Origin: a virus
Taxonomy: Duplodnaviria > Heunggongvirae > Uroviricota > Caudoviricetes
IMG/VR virus record: IMGVR_UViG_3300009008_000023
Span: 1 to 64,000 of that record
Length of the DNA: 64,000 bases
Strand: one strand, 5' to 3'
A program made the position numbers and the translations under genes. Below, piece by piece: positions 1 to 11,156 of the stretch. How positions within the stretch are numbered: position 1 is the first letter of the stretch; each line of letters starts with the position of its first letter. Under the pieces are notes generated by a model that made no database searches, was not told the origin of the DNA, and worked only from the letters and a program-made list of their open reading frames with translations.

Positions 1-12
1 CTTGATAGTGAT

Positions 13-354
13 TTAATAATCCTCACGTATCTTCTTATTTTTACGCTTGCTAGAGAAGCCAAGAGTAGTAAGTATTATGGGTGTTGAGCCCACTGCAGTC
101 ATCTTGCGTGCTAAGTTTGTGTTGTATTTCTCACGCTCAGCCCGTTGTTTAGCTTTAGAGTAACGTAAGTGTTTAGTATTCATATATTCCTTACCACGAC
201 CCCACGCAAATCGTTGTGTTTCAAGACGTTGCGCTAAATTTTCATACTTTTTACCACGCTTACCAGAGAGAATGTTGAGAGCTTCTAACATACTCTCTTT
301 ATTGCCTTTAGCAATGATTGATAGTTTAGCATTTATACGTTGGGATGGTCTCAT
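13..354 (-). CDS. hypothetical highly basic protein (113 aa)
   Basis: Complete ORF, Lys/Arg-rich; last gene of minus-strand structural block. Confidence 0.4.
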   Translation of the reverse strand: MRPSQRINAKLSIIAKGNKESMLEALNILSGKRGKKYENLAQRLETQRFAWGRGKEYMNTKHLRYSKAKQRAEREKYNTNLARKMTAVGSTPIILTTLGFSSKRKNKKIREDY

Positions 355-445
355 AAGTTGTTTATTTCTCGCTAGTTATGACGATAGTGGAGTATATATA
401 AAATACTTTCACATTTTCTTGCTCTTCGTGCTCTACCAGGTAGAG

Positions 446-1672
446 CTAGAGGCCATATCGCTTATAAAGCTTAAGCCTCTTCTGCATAGTGTTAGCTTTA
501 TGAAGATGGGAATCCATTTGACTAAAGGCACCATACAAATCCGGATCTTTTCTCATATGCATAAGACGACGAGCGTAGTCCATAGGATTCAGAAGTCTTT
601 CTGTCCACCGCGTAAGGCGCTCATTATATGCTCTTTCAACGGTTTTAGGACTTAACGCCCACTTCTCAAATACTATCTTCTTATCTGTATTAGCCTTATC
701 TTTAACGAAATAGCCTAAATAAGTCGGATCATGTGTAGCAGGAGAGCTTACATCAACATGGTCATCAGTGTGTACTGGACGACCAAGCTCTTTTAGCGCA
801 TCCTGTGCTACATTAATGAGCTTTTTATCATTTAAACCTGTAGTACCCTTAATTCCGCCTACTTTACTTGCTTTTTTCTTCATACCTTTTGCTTTATTCT
901 TTGCAGTAACTGCTCCAGCAGTTACTCCACTACCTGATCCTACAGCAGCAACGCCTACAGCAAGTCTTGCATCACTATATTTCTTGTCAGTAGCTAATTC
1001 ACCTATTGTCTCTTCTGTACTTTTATAGCCTTTTTTTAGTTTTTTGCCTACTTCTCGTCCAAGTGCTTTTACTTTCGTAGTATATTTACCTAATTTAGCT
1101 TTTTTACCTATTCCAGCACCAATTCCTCTACCAACAACTGCTCCAGCACCTAATGTACCATATCCAAATATTCGATTATGCTTAGTATTGCCTAAAGTCA
1201 CTTTCGAAGCTGTCCTATAAACTTGTCCTGGATCTATATTCTTAACACTGGCCTGATGCATTCTCTTCATAGCAACATCTCCTAATGCCTTAGCCCGTGT
1301 TTTGGGTAAAATCTTAGTACCAAGCGTCTGAACACTTTTATCAATAGCTTTAAGAGCTGTAGATCCAAAAAACGCCTTTTTACTAAGACCCCTAACACCA
1401 GCAGCGCCTAATCCAAGCGCTCCTAACCCTGCAGCCGCTGCTCCATACCCAGTCGCATATTCACGTGATGAAAAAGCGCCTACATTACGCCAGCCTGCTG
1501 GAACCATTTTCTTCATTTTAGCATCCACAGGAGTTAATTTACGCCCTAATGTACCTATATTTCGATGTGTCGTAGCACCAACCGACTTACCAGCAGTCAT
1601 TACTGCTTTTCCTAGCGACTGTATAGCACCAAAACCTAGCGCACTTTTCTCAAAACCTAATGTTCTTAACAT
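446..1672 (-). CDS. hypothetical Gly/Ala/Lys-rich protein (408 aa), possible internal virion protein
   Basis: Long ORF; GAAAAGLGALGLGAAG low-complexity tract; stop/start overlap with upstream gene. Confidence 0.4.
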   Translation of the reverse strand: MLRTLGFEKSALGFGAIQSLGKAVMTAGKSVGATTHRNIGTLGRKLTPVDAKMKKMVPAGWRNVGAFSSREYATGYGAAAAGLGALGLGAAGVRGLSKKAFFGSTALKAIDKSVQTLGTKILPKTRAKALGDVAMKRMHQASVKNIDPGQVYRTASKVTLGNTKHNRIFGYGTLGAGAVVGRGIGAGIGKKAKLGKYTTKVKALGREVGKKLKKGYKSTEETIGELATDKKYSDARLAVGVAAVGSGSGVTAGAVTAKNKAKGMKKKASKVGGIKGTTGLNDKKLINVAQDALKELGRPVHTDDHVDVSSPATHDPTYLGYFVKDKANTDKKIVFEKWALSPKTVERAYNERLTRWTERLLNPMDYARRLMHMRKDPDLYGAFSQMDSHLHKANTMQKRLKLYKRYGL

Positions 1673-3411
1673 TATTTTGCCTCCTTAGTAATCGTATGTA
1701 CACCTCGTAACTGTACAATCACCTTAGATAGTGAATGCATAGCTTTCTGTACTACAGCTTCATTTACACCAGACATTCCAACTCTAATTGACAATAGTAG
1801 CTTAGCTAATTCTGCTATAACTTTCTCATACATTGGAATTAGCGCCACATACTCTGAAATATTATCTTTGTTTATTAAACCAAGAGCTAATGTAGCATCT
1901 ACAGAGTTCTTATCAGCAAAAGTCGTAATACTAGTAGCAACTTTACTAATCTCGTCCTTAATATCAGTAAATTTCGCATTATATTCTTCTGATATCATCT
2001 TCTCAAGCTTATTTAGAGCCATTGGTGCACGAACATGTGCTAATTTCACTCTTTGGCCATTCTTGAGCTCAGCTATTGCATCTAAATCAGTCTCATGTAC
2101 ATTACAATGAATACAACTCCACATAGCTTCATCATAATCAAGTTCACTTATCTTAGAAGCATACTTATTAAACTCTTTACCATGCAGATAATACATTCCT
2201 GTAGTATCTCGTCCTACATGATGTTCATATAAACCATCATTAAGGTGTTCGAACTGGTGCGTTGTTATTCTCTGCGCTAATTTCACGAATTTCGCATTCT
2301 TAGGTACATAGTAAGAGTCTGTATACACATCATGCTCCACAAATTCAGTTCGCTCGATATTTAGCGGGTAATATGATACTTTCTTTAACCCATCAAATCC
2401 AGCTACTTGGCTCTGACCAACTCCTGCTATCTTCTGTATGCCTACTACTTCAAATGGAGACGTTGCAGTATTACCTACTACGTAAACACCAGTATCACCG
2501 ATACTGGGCTCTGTATGCATCTCTTCAAAGTTATTTATAGCTGTAGGAATTTCATTGTTATCAAAGACCGTATAAGCGCCTTCTTTTGTTAAGAACAGTG
2601 TGCGTTCCCCCAAGTTATAAGAATTAGACTTCTCATAACTAGCAGTTTTCTCAATCTCACTGCTATTAGCTTTTAACTGACATGAATCAGCTTCGGGCTT
2701 ACTTACATCGAGCCTATATGTATAATTTACTCTGCTATTAGCCTGTTTAACTACATAATTACCATTCTCATCCTCATACACGTACTGTCGATCCATATCG
2801 AGCCCACGCATCAGATTTGTGGCAAAGTCATTTACATCGGTAGTCTCAAGATTAGCTATCTTTTCAATTAAATCAGTGTTCTCACTAGTAATAAACGCTT
2901 GCATATTCTCCAGCGTATAATCTAGTAAGGCTTTTCTATCTTCCTCTAGCACTGTACTTGCAACCTTATCAATCACTGATGCATACTTAACACCTGAGTA
3001 ATCAGATTCAGGTTGTTCTAAGTCCTTATTAAATAAGAATTGATCAAACACTCTGCTTGCATCAATCTTATTCTCTTTAAATGCCTCAGGATTGTTGAAT
3101 ATTGCCACTAACGTAGTATCGTTTAACGGTAACGTTAATCCATTCGCAATAATTACATCCATATCAGATACAGCCCTATCATTTATAATCACGGGAATAG
3201 CAGCAACATTTTGTACGTTGATGACACCAACTGCGTAACCTCTTTTGAAGTCTTTATTTTTCCACTCTACTGCTAATTCGAAATTTGATAATGACGGATA
3301 TTCTGATAATAGACGCGTTATAATAGTTTTAACCCAGGTCGTATGATCTGAGTCAACGTAAAATGTCGCTGTTTTCTCCAGGCTTTCCCGGTCTAAAAAC
3401 AATGCATCCAT
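1672..3411 (-). CDS. hypothetical large protein (579 aa), putative virion structural protein
   Basis: Long ORF in minus-strand structural module; no recognisable catalytic motif. Confidence 0.4.
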   Translation of the reverse strand: MDALFLDRESLEKTATFYVDSDHTTWVKTIITRLLSEYPSLSNFELAVEWKNKDFKRGYAVGVINVQNVAAIPVIINDRAVSDMDVIIANGLTLPLNDTTLVAIFNNPEAFKENKIDASRVFDQFLFNKDLEQPESDYSGVKYASVIDKVASTVLEEDRKALLDYTLENMQAFITSENTDLIEKIANLETTDVNDFATNLMRGLDMDRQYVYEDENGNYVVKQANSRVNYTYRLDVSKPEADSCQLKANSSEIEKTASYEKSNSYNLGERTLFLTKEGAYTVFDNNEIPTAINNFEEMHTEPSIGDTGVYVVGNTATSPFEVVGIQKIAGVGQSQVAGFDGLKKVSYYPLNIERTEFVEHDVYTDSYYVPKNAKFVKLAQRITTHQFEHLNDGLYEHHVGRDTTGMYYLHGKEFNKYASKISELDYDEAMWSCIHCNVHETDLDAIAELKNGQRVKLAHVRAPMALNKLEKMISEEYNAKFTDIKDEISKVATSITTFADKNSVDATLALGLINKDNISEYVALIPMYEKVIAELAKLLLSIRVGMSGVNEAVVQKAMHSLSKVIVQLRGVHTITKEAK

Positions 3412-3516
3412 ATAAAATCTCCTTTGTTAGGTCATCAACTGCCTCTAATATAGTAATATACAGTCTTTTTGTCAAGTTCTTTCATTTTTAAGCTAAAAAA
3501 GAGGGCAACTGCCCTC

Positions 3517-4218
3517 TTATTTATGTTGTACAACGTCCTTATACAAACACCTAATACGCTCATCACGTACCGAACGCTTGTCCACGTGCATGTGACCTGC
3601 GTACCACGCTTTGTACTCTACTGATTGCATTAAATGTTCAAGAAACATGGCTGTTGGATCCTTATACTTATCATACCACCAATCGCCCGATGTTTCCTGC
3701 ACAATAATAGTTGGCATCGTATGAGTAATCATTATATCAACTTCATACCCACATTTCTCGAGATTACTAATAGCATAATCTTGTTCCTTAACTGTGGGAA
3801 TCTCCCCTGGCCACCACGAAATACCTTCAACACGCATTTCCCTATCTATTGATAGTGCACCACCAAAAGTAAACACCTTCTGATCAGCTATCTCATAAAT
3901 TTCACCTCTTCGAAGGTGAAAAATAGACGGGTAATCCTCAAAATAGCCTACTTCACCTCCAAAGAGCTGTTTTCTAGGCAATTCTTGTAATAACTCATGA
4001 TTATCATGGTTTCCATCAATGAAAAGCGTGATCCAAGGTGAATTTTCGAGCCACTGCATACCTATAGTATCAATTTTTGTCCAAACATGCCCAAAATCAC
4101 CGCAAATCACTAAAATATCTTTAGCTTTGGACATTCCAATGAATTTTGCTCTATTCCTAAAGGAGTCTAAATGCTGTTGAGCTCTACCATGCAAATCACC
4201 TGTTATCCATACCCTCAT
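3517..4218 (-). CDS. calcineurin-like metallophosphoesterase (Ser/Thr phosphatase family)
   Basis: Motifs GDLHG, GDFGHVW, GNHDNHE, GHMH typical of metallophosphoesterases. Confidence 0.75.
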   Translation of the reverse strand: MRVWITGDLHGRAQQHLDSFRNRAKFIGMSKAKDILVICGDFGHVWTKIDTIGMQWLENSPWITLFIDGNHDNHELLQELPRKQLFGGEVGYFEDYPSIFHLRRGEIYEIADQKVFTFGGALSIDREMRVEGISWWPGEIPTVKEQDYAISNLEKCGYEVDIMITHTMPTIIVQETSGDWWYDKYKDPTAMFLEHLMQSVEYKAWYAGHMHVDKRSVRDERIRCLYKDVVQHK

Positions 4219-4219
4219 T

Positions 4220-4498
4220 TTACTCCTCTACTGTCACTCCTGAGTCAAACAGGCTATACGTAATATGGGTTGGATACAAAACAACGTCGTCAGGCATATA
4301 AAAATTAGCATTAATAATTTCTCTTACTTTTTCATCCATGTTCGTATACTCACGGACTGTAATTACACGGCCACATGCACTACACTTCACATCAGTATAT
4401 GTTGATCCATCTTTTTTCAAAGATATAGTACAGAGTTGACCGCATGTTTTATGTATGTGTGTCATTTTATTCTTTCTGTTAAAGAAAAGAGGCTCCAA
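4220..4498 (-). CDS. hypothetical zinc-ribbon protein (92 aa)
   Basis: CxxC...CxxC pattern (TCGQLC...CSACG). Confidence 0.35.
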   Translation of the reverse strand: MEPLFFNRKNKMTHIHKTCGQLCTISLKKDGSTYTDVKCSACGRVITVREYTNMDEKVREIINANFYMPDDVVLYPTHITYSLFDSGVTVEE

Positions 4499-4618
4499 TT
4501 AGGAGCCCTTTCCGTGCGTCATAAGAATCCAGTATTCCTACCCTAAGAATTGGTGGATTCATTATTCTTATACCAATATTTAAACTAAAAGAGAGCCGAA
4601 GCTCTCTTTAAGGTGACC

Positions 4619-4939
4619 CTAGTCACCGTTCTTAGTAGCATTCACATCCATGCTCTCGGGAAGATCGGGCGCAATGACCTTCTTCTCAAGTTCAGGAATA
4701 TTAACGATAGTGATGTCATCATCGTCAGTGGTAGGCACGAACGTGAAATTACACAGTCCCCACTTCCTACCCTTGGCAGGTAGAGCATCGGTTACAATGC
4801 CTTTCTTAGCATTATCAAGAGTATCAGCCACGATAGGTACATCGCAGTCACACTTCTCATAATCAAACGCTAAGGCATCCTTATAACACTTGTATCCGTA
4901 AATATTAAAGTGAAAAATCTTTCCAAGATTCGCTTTCAT
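4619..4939 (-). CDS. hypothetical protein (106 aa)
   Basis: ORF in minus-strand operon. Confidence 0.35.
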   Translation of the reverse strand: MKANLGKIFHFNIYGYKCYKDALAFDYEKCDCDVPIVADTLDNAKKGIVTDALPAKGRKWGLCNFTFVPTTDDDDITIVNIPELEKKVIAPDLPESMDVNATKNGD

Positions 4940-4993
4940 TAAATGTTTCCATTCTCCTATAACTTATAGGTCTTTATAACGTTATTATATGTT

Positions 4994-5251
4994 CTATCCA
5001 TTTATCTCCTCGGAAATCTCAGTCGAGTGTACAGTCTGTCGATCAGGATCATTGTATCGTAAAAAGTACACAGTTGTTTTGAACTCAGCTTCTAAGCTCT
5101 CGACGTGTTTTAACGCGTCAGCATAAGCCTTCTTATGGCCTAACTGATCTTTCTCGGCTACAAACTCAGCATACAAAACTTCTTGTACTTGATTGCTATC
5201 TTCCTTCATAACGAAAAACTCAAAAGAGTACAATCCTAACGTCTTCTGCAT
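4994..5251 (-). CDS. hypothetical protein (85 aa)
   Basis: ORF in minus-strand operon. Confidence 0.35.
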   Translation of the reverse strand: MQKTLGLYSFEFFVMKEDSNQVQEVLYAEFVAEKDQLGHKKAYADALKHVESLEAEFKTTVYFLRYNDPDRQTVHSTEISEEING

Positions 5252-5340
5252 GAGGTGGATAAACTCCTCTGTCTATAGATTAAAAAAAGAATCACCTAGA
5301 TAGTGACTCATTAATCTTATACCACAAATATCCAATTAAT

Positions 5341-5766
5341 TTACGAAATCTTAACCTTTGTATTTGTAGTTAGGAAAGACCCAGTACCATTGTAGCTCAC
5401 ACTACTATCAGGTATCCATGTCTCTCCTGGTTTCCATGCAGGCGAGACTACAGTAAACTTAGCATCAAATGTAATCCCCTTCAAAATGATCCTCCTACCA
5501 TTATATGTGCTATTAATCGTAAGCTGATTAGTATTTAAGTCATCAATAGTAATAATACCAATACCAGGTATCACATAAGGTGGCCGCATATACGCACACC
5601 CCGGCACTATAACTGTAGATTCATCTCCCTCTAAACATACTGGCACACTCTGTGCCTTAAGATCGCTACTAGCGACAATAATACCGGGAGCCACTGTTAC
5701 TACAGCACCTCCAAAGCTCGGTAGAAATATGGCTTGGTCACCCGATACAATTACATAATCATTCAT
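5341..5766 (-). CDS. hypothetical baseplate-associated protein (141 aa)
   Basis: ORF immediately downstream of spike-like gene. Confidence 0.35.
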   Translation of the reverse strand: MNDYVIVSGDQAIFLPSFGGAVVTVAPGIIVASSDLKAQSVPVCLEGDESTVIVPGCAYMRPPYVIPGIGIITIDDLNTNQLTINSTYNGRRIILKGITFDAKFTVVSPAWKPGETWIPDSSVSYNGTGSFLTTNTKVKIS

Positions 5767-5769
5767 GAC

Positions 5770-6102
5770 TTATTTTATATTCTCTAGTGGATTTAATTCA
5801 CTACCACCTGTATTACTCACTTGTAGATAACTACTGTTATTTAGTTCAGCATATGCTTTAATATGTGTCACGACCTGATTAGCAATTACTTCAGCTAACT
5901 CATTATAAAAATCACGTAATGCAGAGATAGCATCATTATAATCTTCTTGATCCATATCACCAATTGCTAAACTTGTAGCTAACGGAGGTTTATGCAACAG
6001 TGTAATTATATTGAGCCATATACTGCCGGGAGTCGGTGTATTTTCTGAGCCGCCCACTCCATAGAGTATTGCATTCTTTAATACACCTTCATCTAATGCC
6101 AT
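5770..6102 (-). CDS. hypothetical protein (110 aa)
   Basis: ORF in baseplate cluster. Confidence 0.35.
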   Translation of the reverse strand: MALDEGVLKNAILYGVGGSENTPTPGSIWLNIITLLHKPPLATSLAIGDMDQEDYNDAISALRDFYNELAEVIANQVVTHIKAYAELNNSSYLQVSNTGGSELNPLENIK

Positions 6103-6111
6103 TATATCACC

Positions 6112-8184
6112 TTATGTTCTATCTGTCTTAAATGTATTTGGTATGCTGTACGGAGTCCATGCAGCACGTGTACGTGGATGGAAAGGAACAGGGAAACCTT
6201 TATTACCAACACCAAGATGTCCCTTGTGACTATTAAAGAAGTCAACAAAATTATGTGTAGCTAAGAAATGATTATTTATCTTTGTGCCGGATAAAGACAT
6301 AGTTAAATCATTCGCACCTACGTCTGTGGAAAGAGTTACTCCAGTAGCACCGAAATTAAGCTCACACCCGCCCATCGCTGTTTCTATTTTTATTCCTGTA
6401 GCTGTGAACTCAAGTGAGCACAGTCCTAATACAGATGACATGGATATACCTGTTGGGCCTAATGTTATATTATTCCCATATATTTGGTCTTCAATTACAA
6501 TTCCAGTTTTACCGACTTTAATGTACTGGTTAAGAGGTGCAGTTGCTCCATCTACTGTTAGCTTGTGATGAAGTGCATTTATCTCTTCGGTAACCTTAAT
6601 ATCTTTTATTTCATCTTGAGTGACTTTTTCATATAGATTAACAGCATTACCTAGCTGTGTTTCCATACTTACGTTGGCAAAATTAACCTCATGCCTCCAC
6701 ATACTCAAGTCTTCAAGTAATCCAAAACCTTCATACAAGCTTGAATTAGTAGCTACATCCCTAAGCTTCTTATGATATAGTTCTAATGCAACACTCATAC
6801 GTTCATCAAATGTTGTTACACCGCTGTCCATGTGTAATCTATAGAAACTATTAACTTCGTCTATATTTATTGTATCACTAGGTAGTAGTTTACCAAATCC
6901 TTGCTCATAGTTAGTAAGCTGTAAAACATCATTGTATGTAACATTCCAAAACTCGCTGTTATTACTTAATGTCTCAGTATGATGAACATCACTAGTCGTT
7001 GTTGTCGAGTGCATACGTACACGCTTAAACGTATTAAGCGTTGTAAAAGGCTCACCCATATTAAGACGGCCCAAACTAGTAGTATAAGACTGATCAGCGT
7101 CATCTTCATTGTACTGATGCCAGCCATCACCGGGTTTTACATTAAGCCCACCACCAAAGCATAAACGTGAGCTATAAAGTTCACCAGATGTAAAGTCAAT
7201 GCCACTGTTTCTTATAAAGTCAGTACTTAAATGACCAATACGCTCCATGTATGTTAGTGGAGACGCACCATCAATACCATCTTTATCTTTTAGCCTAAAG
7301 TCATAAATTGTACCTTCAGGATATTTGAACGTCTGGAGAGCTAGCTTATCTTTCTCAATAGTGTGTTCATTTTGCCTACCAATACGCTCTTCAGTAAATA
7401 CACTTTTCTTCTTGTCAGTACCACGGCTCTGTTGTGTACGTCTCTCGTACACATGTCCTGGTATTTCACTACTATTACTGTATGCAATGTGTCCTGCTAG
7501 TTTAATAACTCTAGCATTATACTTGTCAGCTAATGGAATAAGACTTAGAAGAGATTCCTCTTCAAGTCTAAGATCATCATCCACAACGCTTTCTTGCTGC
7601 TTACCATCATATACAACATAGGAATGAAGTATCCTATCATCCTCACTAGATACTGGGTGAGAGTCATAATATCGTTTCTTATCCTTTGATCCTGGCGTCA
7701 TATTATAAATACGCTTGGCTACAATCTCAGACCTGCGCTCTTCAGCGTGTAACTCATGAGATGCCCAAGGATTCGTACTTATTAATATAACACCTTTAGG
7801 CTTAATCTTAATCAGGGGATTATAATAACCACCAGCAGCAAGTATAATCTCGCCCTCTTCACGACCATCAAGCATGAATCTACCATCCTGTCCATACTCA
7901 CTAGTCCCAGCATAATACGATAATATTACATACTCATCACGTAAGCCTAGACGTGCACATATGACACGCTGCCCTTTACGTGGAATTCCAAACATTCCAC
8001 TACCTAATGTGTCCTTAGGTATTGGACTTGGTAATTCCATAGGAATAGCCGCAGACATACTAATATTATCTGTCTGGTCATCTAATAACACATACACTTT
8101 GGTACTTTTACCAAGATCTACCTCAGTAACGGTGCCTAGGTGCACCGTTATTGATTCGCTTCCTAATTGATCAAAATATCCCAT
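6112..8184 (-). CDS. baseplate central spike protein (gpV/VgrG-like) with C-terminal beta-helix
   Basis: N-terminal GTVTEVDLGKSTKVYV OB-fold signature as in P2 gpV / Mu gp45; Gly/Thr-rich repetitive C-terminus. Confidence 0.45.
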   Translation of the reverse strand: MGYFDQLGSESITVHLGTVTEVDLGKSTKVYVLLDDQTDNISMSAAIPMELPSPIPKDTLGSGMFGIPRKGQRVICARLGLRDEYVILSYYAGTSEYGQDGRFMLDGREEGEIILAAGGYYNPLIKIKPKGVILISTNPWASHELHAEERRSEIVAKRIYNMTPGSKDKKRYYDSHPVSSEDDRILHSYVVYDGKQQESVVDDDLRLEEESLLSLIPLADKYNARVIKLAGHIAYSNSSEIPGHVYERRTQQSRGTDKKKSVFTEERIGRQNEHTIEKDKLALQTFKYPEGTIYDFRLKDKDGIDGASPLTYMERIGHLSTDFIRNSGIDFTSGELYSSRLCFGGGLNVKPGDGWHQYNEDDADQSYTTSLGRLNMGEPFTTLNTFKRVRMHSTTTTSDVHHTETLSNNSEFWNVTYNDVLQLTNYEQGFGKLLPSDTINIDEVNSFYRLHMDSGVTTFDERMSVALELYHKKLRDVATNSSLYEGFGLLEDLSMWRHEVNFANVSMETQLGNAVNLYEKVTQDEIKDIKVTEEINALHHKLTVDGATAPLNQYIKVGKTGIVIEDQIYGNNITLGPTGISMSSVLGLCSLEFTATGIKIETAMGGCELNFGATGVTLSTDVGANDLTMSLSGTKINNHFLATHNFVDFFNSHKGHLGVGNKGFPVPFHPRTRAAWTPYSIPNTFKTDRT

Positions 8185-8226
8185 GTCTTAATTATAACAA
8201 TTACACTCTCATAGGTCAAGCGTTAA

Positions 8227-8240
8227 TTGGGTATAAGACT
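8227..8240 (+). promoter_or_regulatory. phage promoter motif (ttGGGTATAAGAct)
   Basis: Member of conserved TGGTATAAGAA family; at divergent junction, precedes plus-strand gene block. Confidence 0.5.
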
Positions 8241-8321
8241 TATAGTGGACGAGGGCGCATTTGCGTCCTTTTTTAGGTATAAGAATTCTGAACAACCAAC
8301 TTTCTTACATAGCTCAAAGGA

Positions 8322-8564
8322 GTGACTATGACACAGCTAAACCAAAAGCATGATTCCATACATGCCAAAATCCAAGATTTATTTACCAACTGGTTCAAAG
8401 ATATGGATGCATACCGACTAGGCACTACTATTGGGGCTACACTCGCTATCTTGGGCTTCATTTTAATGGTACCTGGATTTGCTCGATTAGTTGGGTGGGG
8501 ATTTACCCTAGCTGGCGGATTGCTCGCAGGTTCGTGCCTCGTAGTCCTACTCGAACGCGAGTAG
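8322..8564 (+). CDS. small membrane protein (80 aa)
   Basis: Two predicted TM helices; first gene after promoter motif at 8227. Confidence 0.4.
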   Translation: MTMTQLNQKHDSIHAKIQDLFTNWFKDMDAYRLGTTIGATLAILGFILMVPGFARLVGWGFTLAGGLLAGSCLVVLLERE

Positions 8565-8580
8565 GATTTTTAGGGTAAAT

Positions 8581-9204
8581 ATGATACTTAATGAACTTAC
8601 TCACGAGTGTATAATATATTCGCAGTTACCTAATCATGTACCAGACAAAAGTGCTGATGACATCTTTCCGCCAACAGTATCTACTAACCCACATCTAAAT
8701 GGCACTACCATTATTGTTAGTAAGAGAAATACAGACAAAACACACCTCACTCCCAAGGAAATGATACCAGCTACGCGTAACACAATGGGAAATATTACTG
8801 CGTACAGCACAGATAAACCAAGTGTGGATACACCTGTACATCTACGACTGTATCAAGCAATGCCCAACCTCAACTTCTTCATTCATGGCCACGCATACAT
8901 TCATGATGTACCAACCACTGAGCATTACTACGCCTGCGGTGACCTTCGTGAAGCTAATGAACTATTCAAACTTATCTCAACTAATGCTAATGTTTCCTCA
9001 CAAGTAGGTGCCATCAACTTATGTAATCACGGCTTTTTTCTTTACGCCGAAACTTTAGAGCAGTTGCAAATTCTAGTTAACTCGCTTAAGTTCACAGAAA
9101 AACCTATTGCGGAACAAATTTCTTCTGATGACATGATAATACATCAGCAAACTCAAGTAGAATTTAAACGTAAAGGACATACGATACACAAGGACATTGT
9201 ATGA
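8581..9204 (+). CDS. hypothetical protein (207 aa)
   Basis: ORF; stop overlaps next start (ATGA). Confidence 0.4.
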   Translation: MILNELTHECIIYSQLPNHVPDKSADDIFPPTVSTNPHLNGTTIIVSKRNTDKTHLTPKEMIPATRNTMGNITAYSTDKPSVDTPVHLRLYQAMPNLNFFIHGHAYIHDVPTTEHYYACGDLREANELFKLISTNANVSSQVGAINLCNHGFFLYAETLEQLQILVNSLKFTEKPIAEQISSDDMIIHQQTQVEFKRKGHTIHKDIV

Positions 9205-9515
9205 AGTTAGCAAAGAATACTAATTCTCGTCAAACTATAATTTGTTGTGACATATGTAAAGCGATTATACCTAAAGTAGCACAGACGGAGCCTAACAATC
9301 ATTTTTCTCCTCGATCGTTTGATTATGGGGTCTTCCAAGACATTATTTCCGAAGCCGATATTCATGATATCTGTGCAAACTGCTTCTCTACATTATTAGC
9401 TGAAAAGAAGTTTTATGAAAATCTTATGACTGAGCAAATAACATTCTTGTTACATACTATGGATCCAGCAGCAACTATGTGCTTAGATCCTGCCGCCAAA
9501 AGGAAGACAAAATGA
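9201..9515 (+). CDS. hypothetical Cys-rich protein
   Basis: CDICK...CANC motif. Confidence 0.35.
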   Translation: MKLAKNTNSRQTIICCDICKAIIPKVAQTEPNNHFSPRSFDYGVFQDIISEADIHDICANCFSTLLAEKKFYENLMTEQITFLLHTMDPAATMCLDPAAKRKTK

Positions 9516-9748
9516 ATAATGACACATGTGATGTGTGTGGTTCAATAATCTCTAATGATGACGCCACTACATATGCACAAGACTCATTTGCGCAAGTTCA
9601 TGTTGCAACATTGATATGCGATGAACTCAACGTCGAATTTTGCTGTGACCATTGTTTTCTTATGTTCACGGAGATGTATGACATGCTTATAGAACTCCTC
9701 ACTTTAAAACTCAAGCAAATTAAAGTGGAAGGAAAGGCATTAAGATGA
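9512..9748 (+). CDS. hypothetical zinc-finger protein
   Basis: CDVCG...CDHC; ATG at 9512 overlaps upstream stop. Confidence 0.35.
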   Translation: MNNDTCDVCGSIISNDDATTYAQDSFAQVHVATLICDELNVEFCCDHCFLMFTEMYDMLIELLTLKLKQIKVEGKALR

Positions 9749-10029
9749 GTGAAAACGACCGACAGCCTCAATCATTCATATCCACAGGCGAGTCATGTGA
9801 TATATGCTTGTACGAGCCTAAAACCAACGCCACCGCAGAGCAGTGCAAATCTATACACTCTCTAGAAGATGGTCCACTCAAGGACGCATTAGAAAACTTT
9901 GACGCTATCACAGGTGATATAAAACATATATGCCCTAATTGCAAGAAAACCCTCACTAACAAAGCCACTTCATTGCTCGAACAGCTAGCATTAGATCTTG
10001 ACAATGAGATCTGGGAATTGGAGTATTAA
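9745..10029 (+). CDS. hypothetical zinc-finger protein
   Basis: CDICL...CPNCK motifs. Confidence 0.35.
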   Translation: MSENDRQPQSFISTGESCDICLYEPKTNATAEQCKSIHSLEDGPLKDALENFDAITGDIKHICPNCKKTLTNKATSLLEQLALDLDNEIWELEY

Positions 10030-10042
10030 GTATTATGTCAAC

Positions 10043-10083
<41 letters not shown>

Positions 10084-10329
10084 CTATCTACTCAACACTC
10101 AATACTCACATGCTATGTCCACATTTCCACCACATTCACGGCATAACACACTCACAAAACTCATAAAAACACTCACTCGGCCCACAATTTAAAAAGTGGC
10201 CGGACAGACGGCCACAGTACAAGTCCGTAACTCACATCATCCCAAGTACTTATGTGGCCACCCATATCAGTGGCCGACACGCTAAAGCACAAAAACATAA
10301 ACAACTCAATCATAACACTTTACAAATGT

Positions 10330-10870
10330 TATATACGTCGTATACCACCCATACCACCCGCATACCACCCAAACTCGGTGGTATACACTTAACTCCAACT
10401 CTCTCTTAAACTTACAAAGCTTTTTAAAGAACTTACTATATATGTATATTAACATATTTTTATTATTATATATCTATTTTCTTTTAAAAGCAAATCTTAT
10501 AACACTAATACTTTCATATACTTACAGCATTTTCACACTTACGCCGTCCATGTATACCACCCAAAATCCCCGCGCCATAGGTCCACGTATGCGAGGCACT
10601 ACCTACCCTCTCTACACTGTGAGTATAGATACACCTGGCGCGGCGTTTTCGGGTGGTATAGCGTCACCGGCCGGAGCTAACCCTCTCTCTCACAACAAAA
10701 TATGGCGGCACCCATTTTGAAATGGCCGGGTGGTATGGTATCTATATATAACTTGTAACTTGTTGAAAACACTACACTTAGCTTGTATATACCACTAGCG
10801 TAAACCTCTCAACGCCAACGAATTAACATCATACCACCCAATCTCGGTGGTCGCGGCCTCTAAAGCACAC
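10330..10870. repeat. iteron-like ATACCACCC / GGGTGGTAT direct and inverted repeats in a 1.1 kb non-coding region
   Basis: ATACCACCC at about 10342, 10351, 10362, 10828; inverted CGGTGGTATAC about 10376 and GGGTGGTATGGTATC about 10728; GTGGCC(N)GGCCAC palindromes at 10196-10290. Confidence 0.6.
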
Positions 10871-11156
10871 TTTCATAAAATTGATAAATCATAACTCGTT
10901 ATAAACATTCAATTTACAAGACATTTCGACGCCAAAGTCATTTCCTCTATAAAACACTGAAATTACAGCACTTACGTGATTTTACCACTTTTATCCGGCC
11001 CCCAACCATAAAACCATGATCACTGCTCACAAAAACCACAAAATCTCAACAATCTTGTGACATTTCTGTGACATTTAGACCAAATTTTTGCTTATGTTGC
11101 ACTTTCACTCAAAAACCTGACATAAGCACAACACGAAAGGAACACATTCACTTTTC

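Noticed and set aside
6284-8170. Several 60-100-aa plus-strand ORFs (6284, 6979, 7325, 7961) inside the minus-strand spike gene
   Set aside because: Shadow ORFs on the opposite strand of a 690-aa gene with coherent protein sequence.
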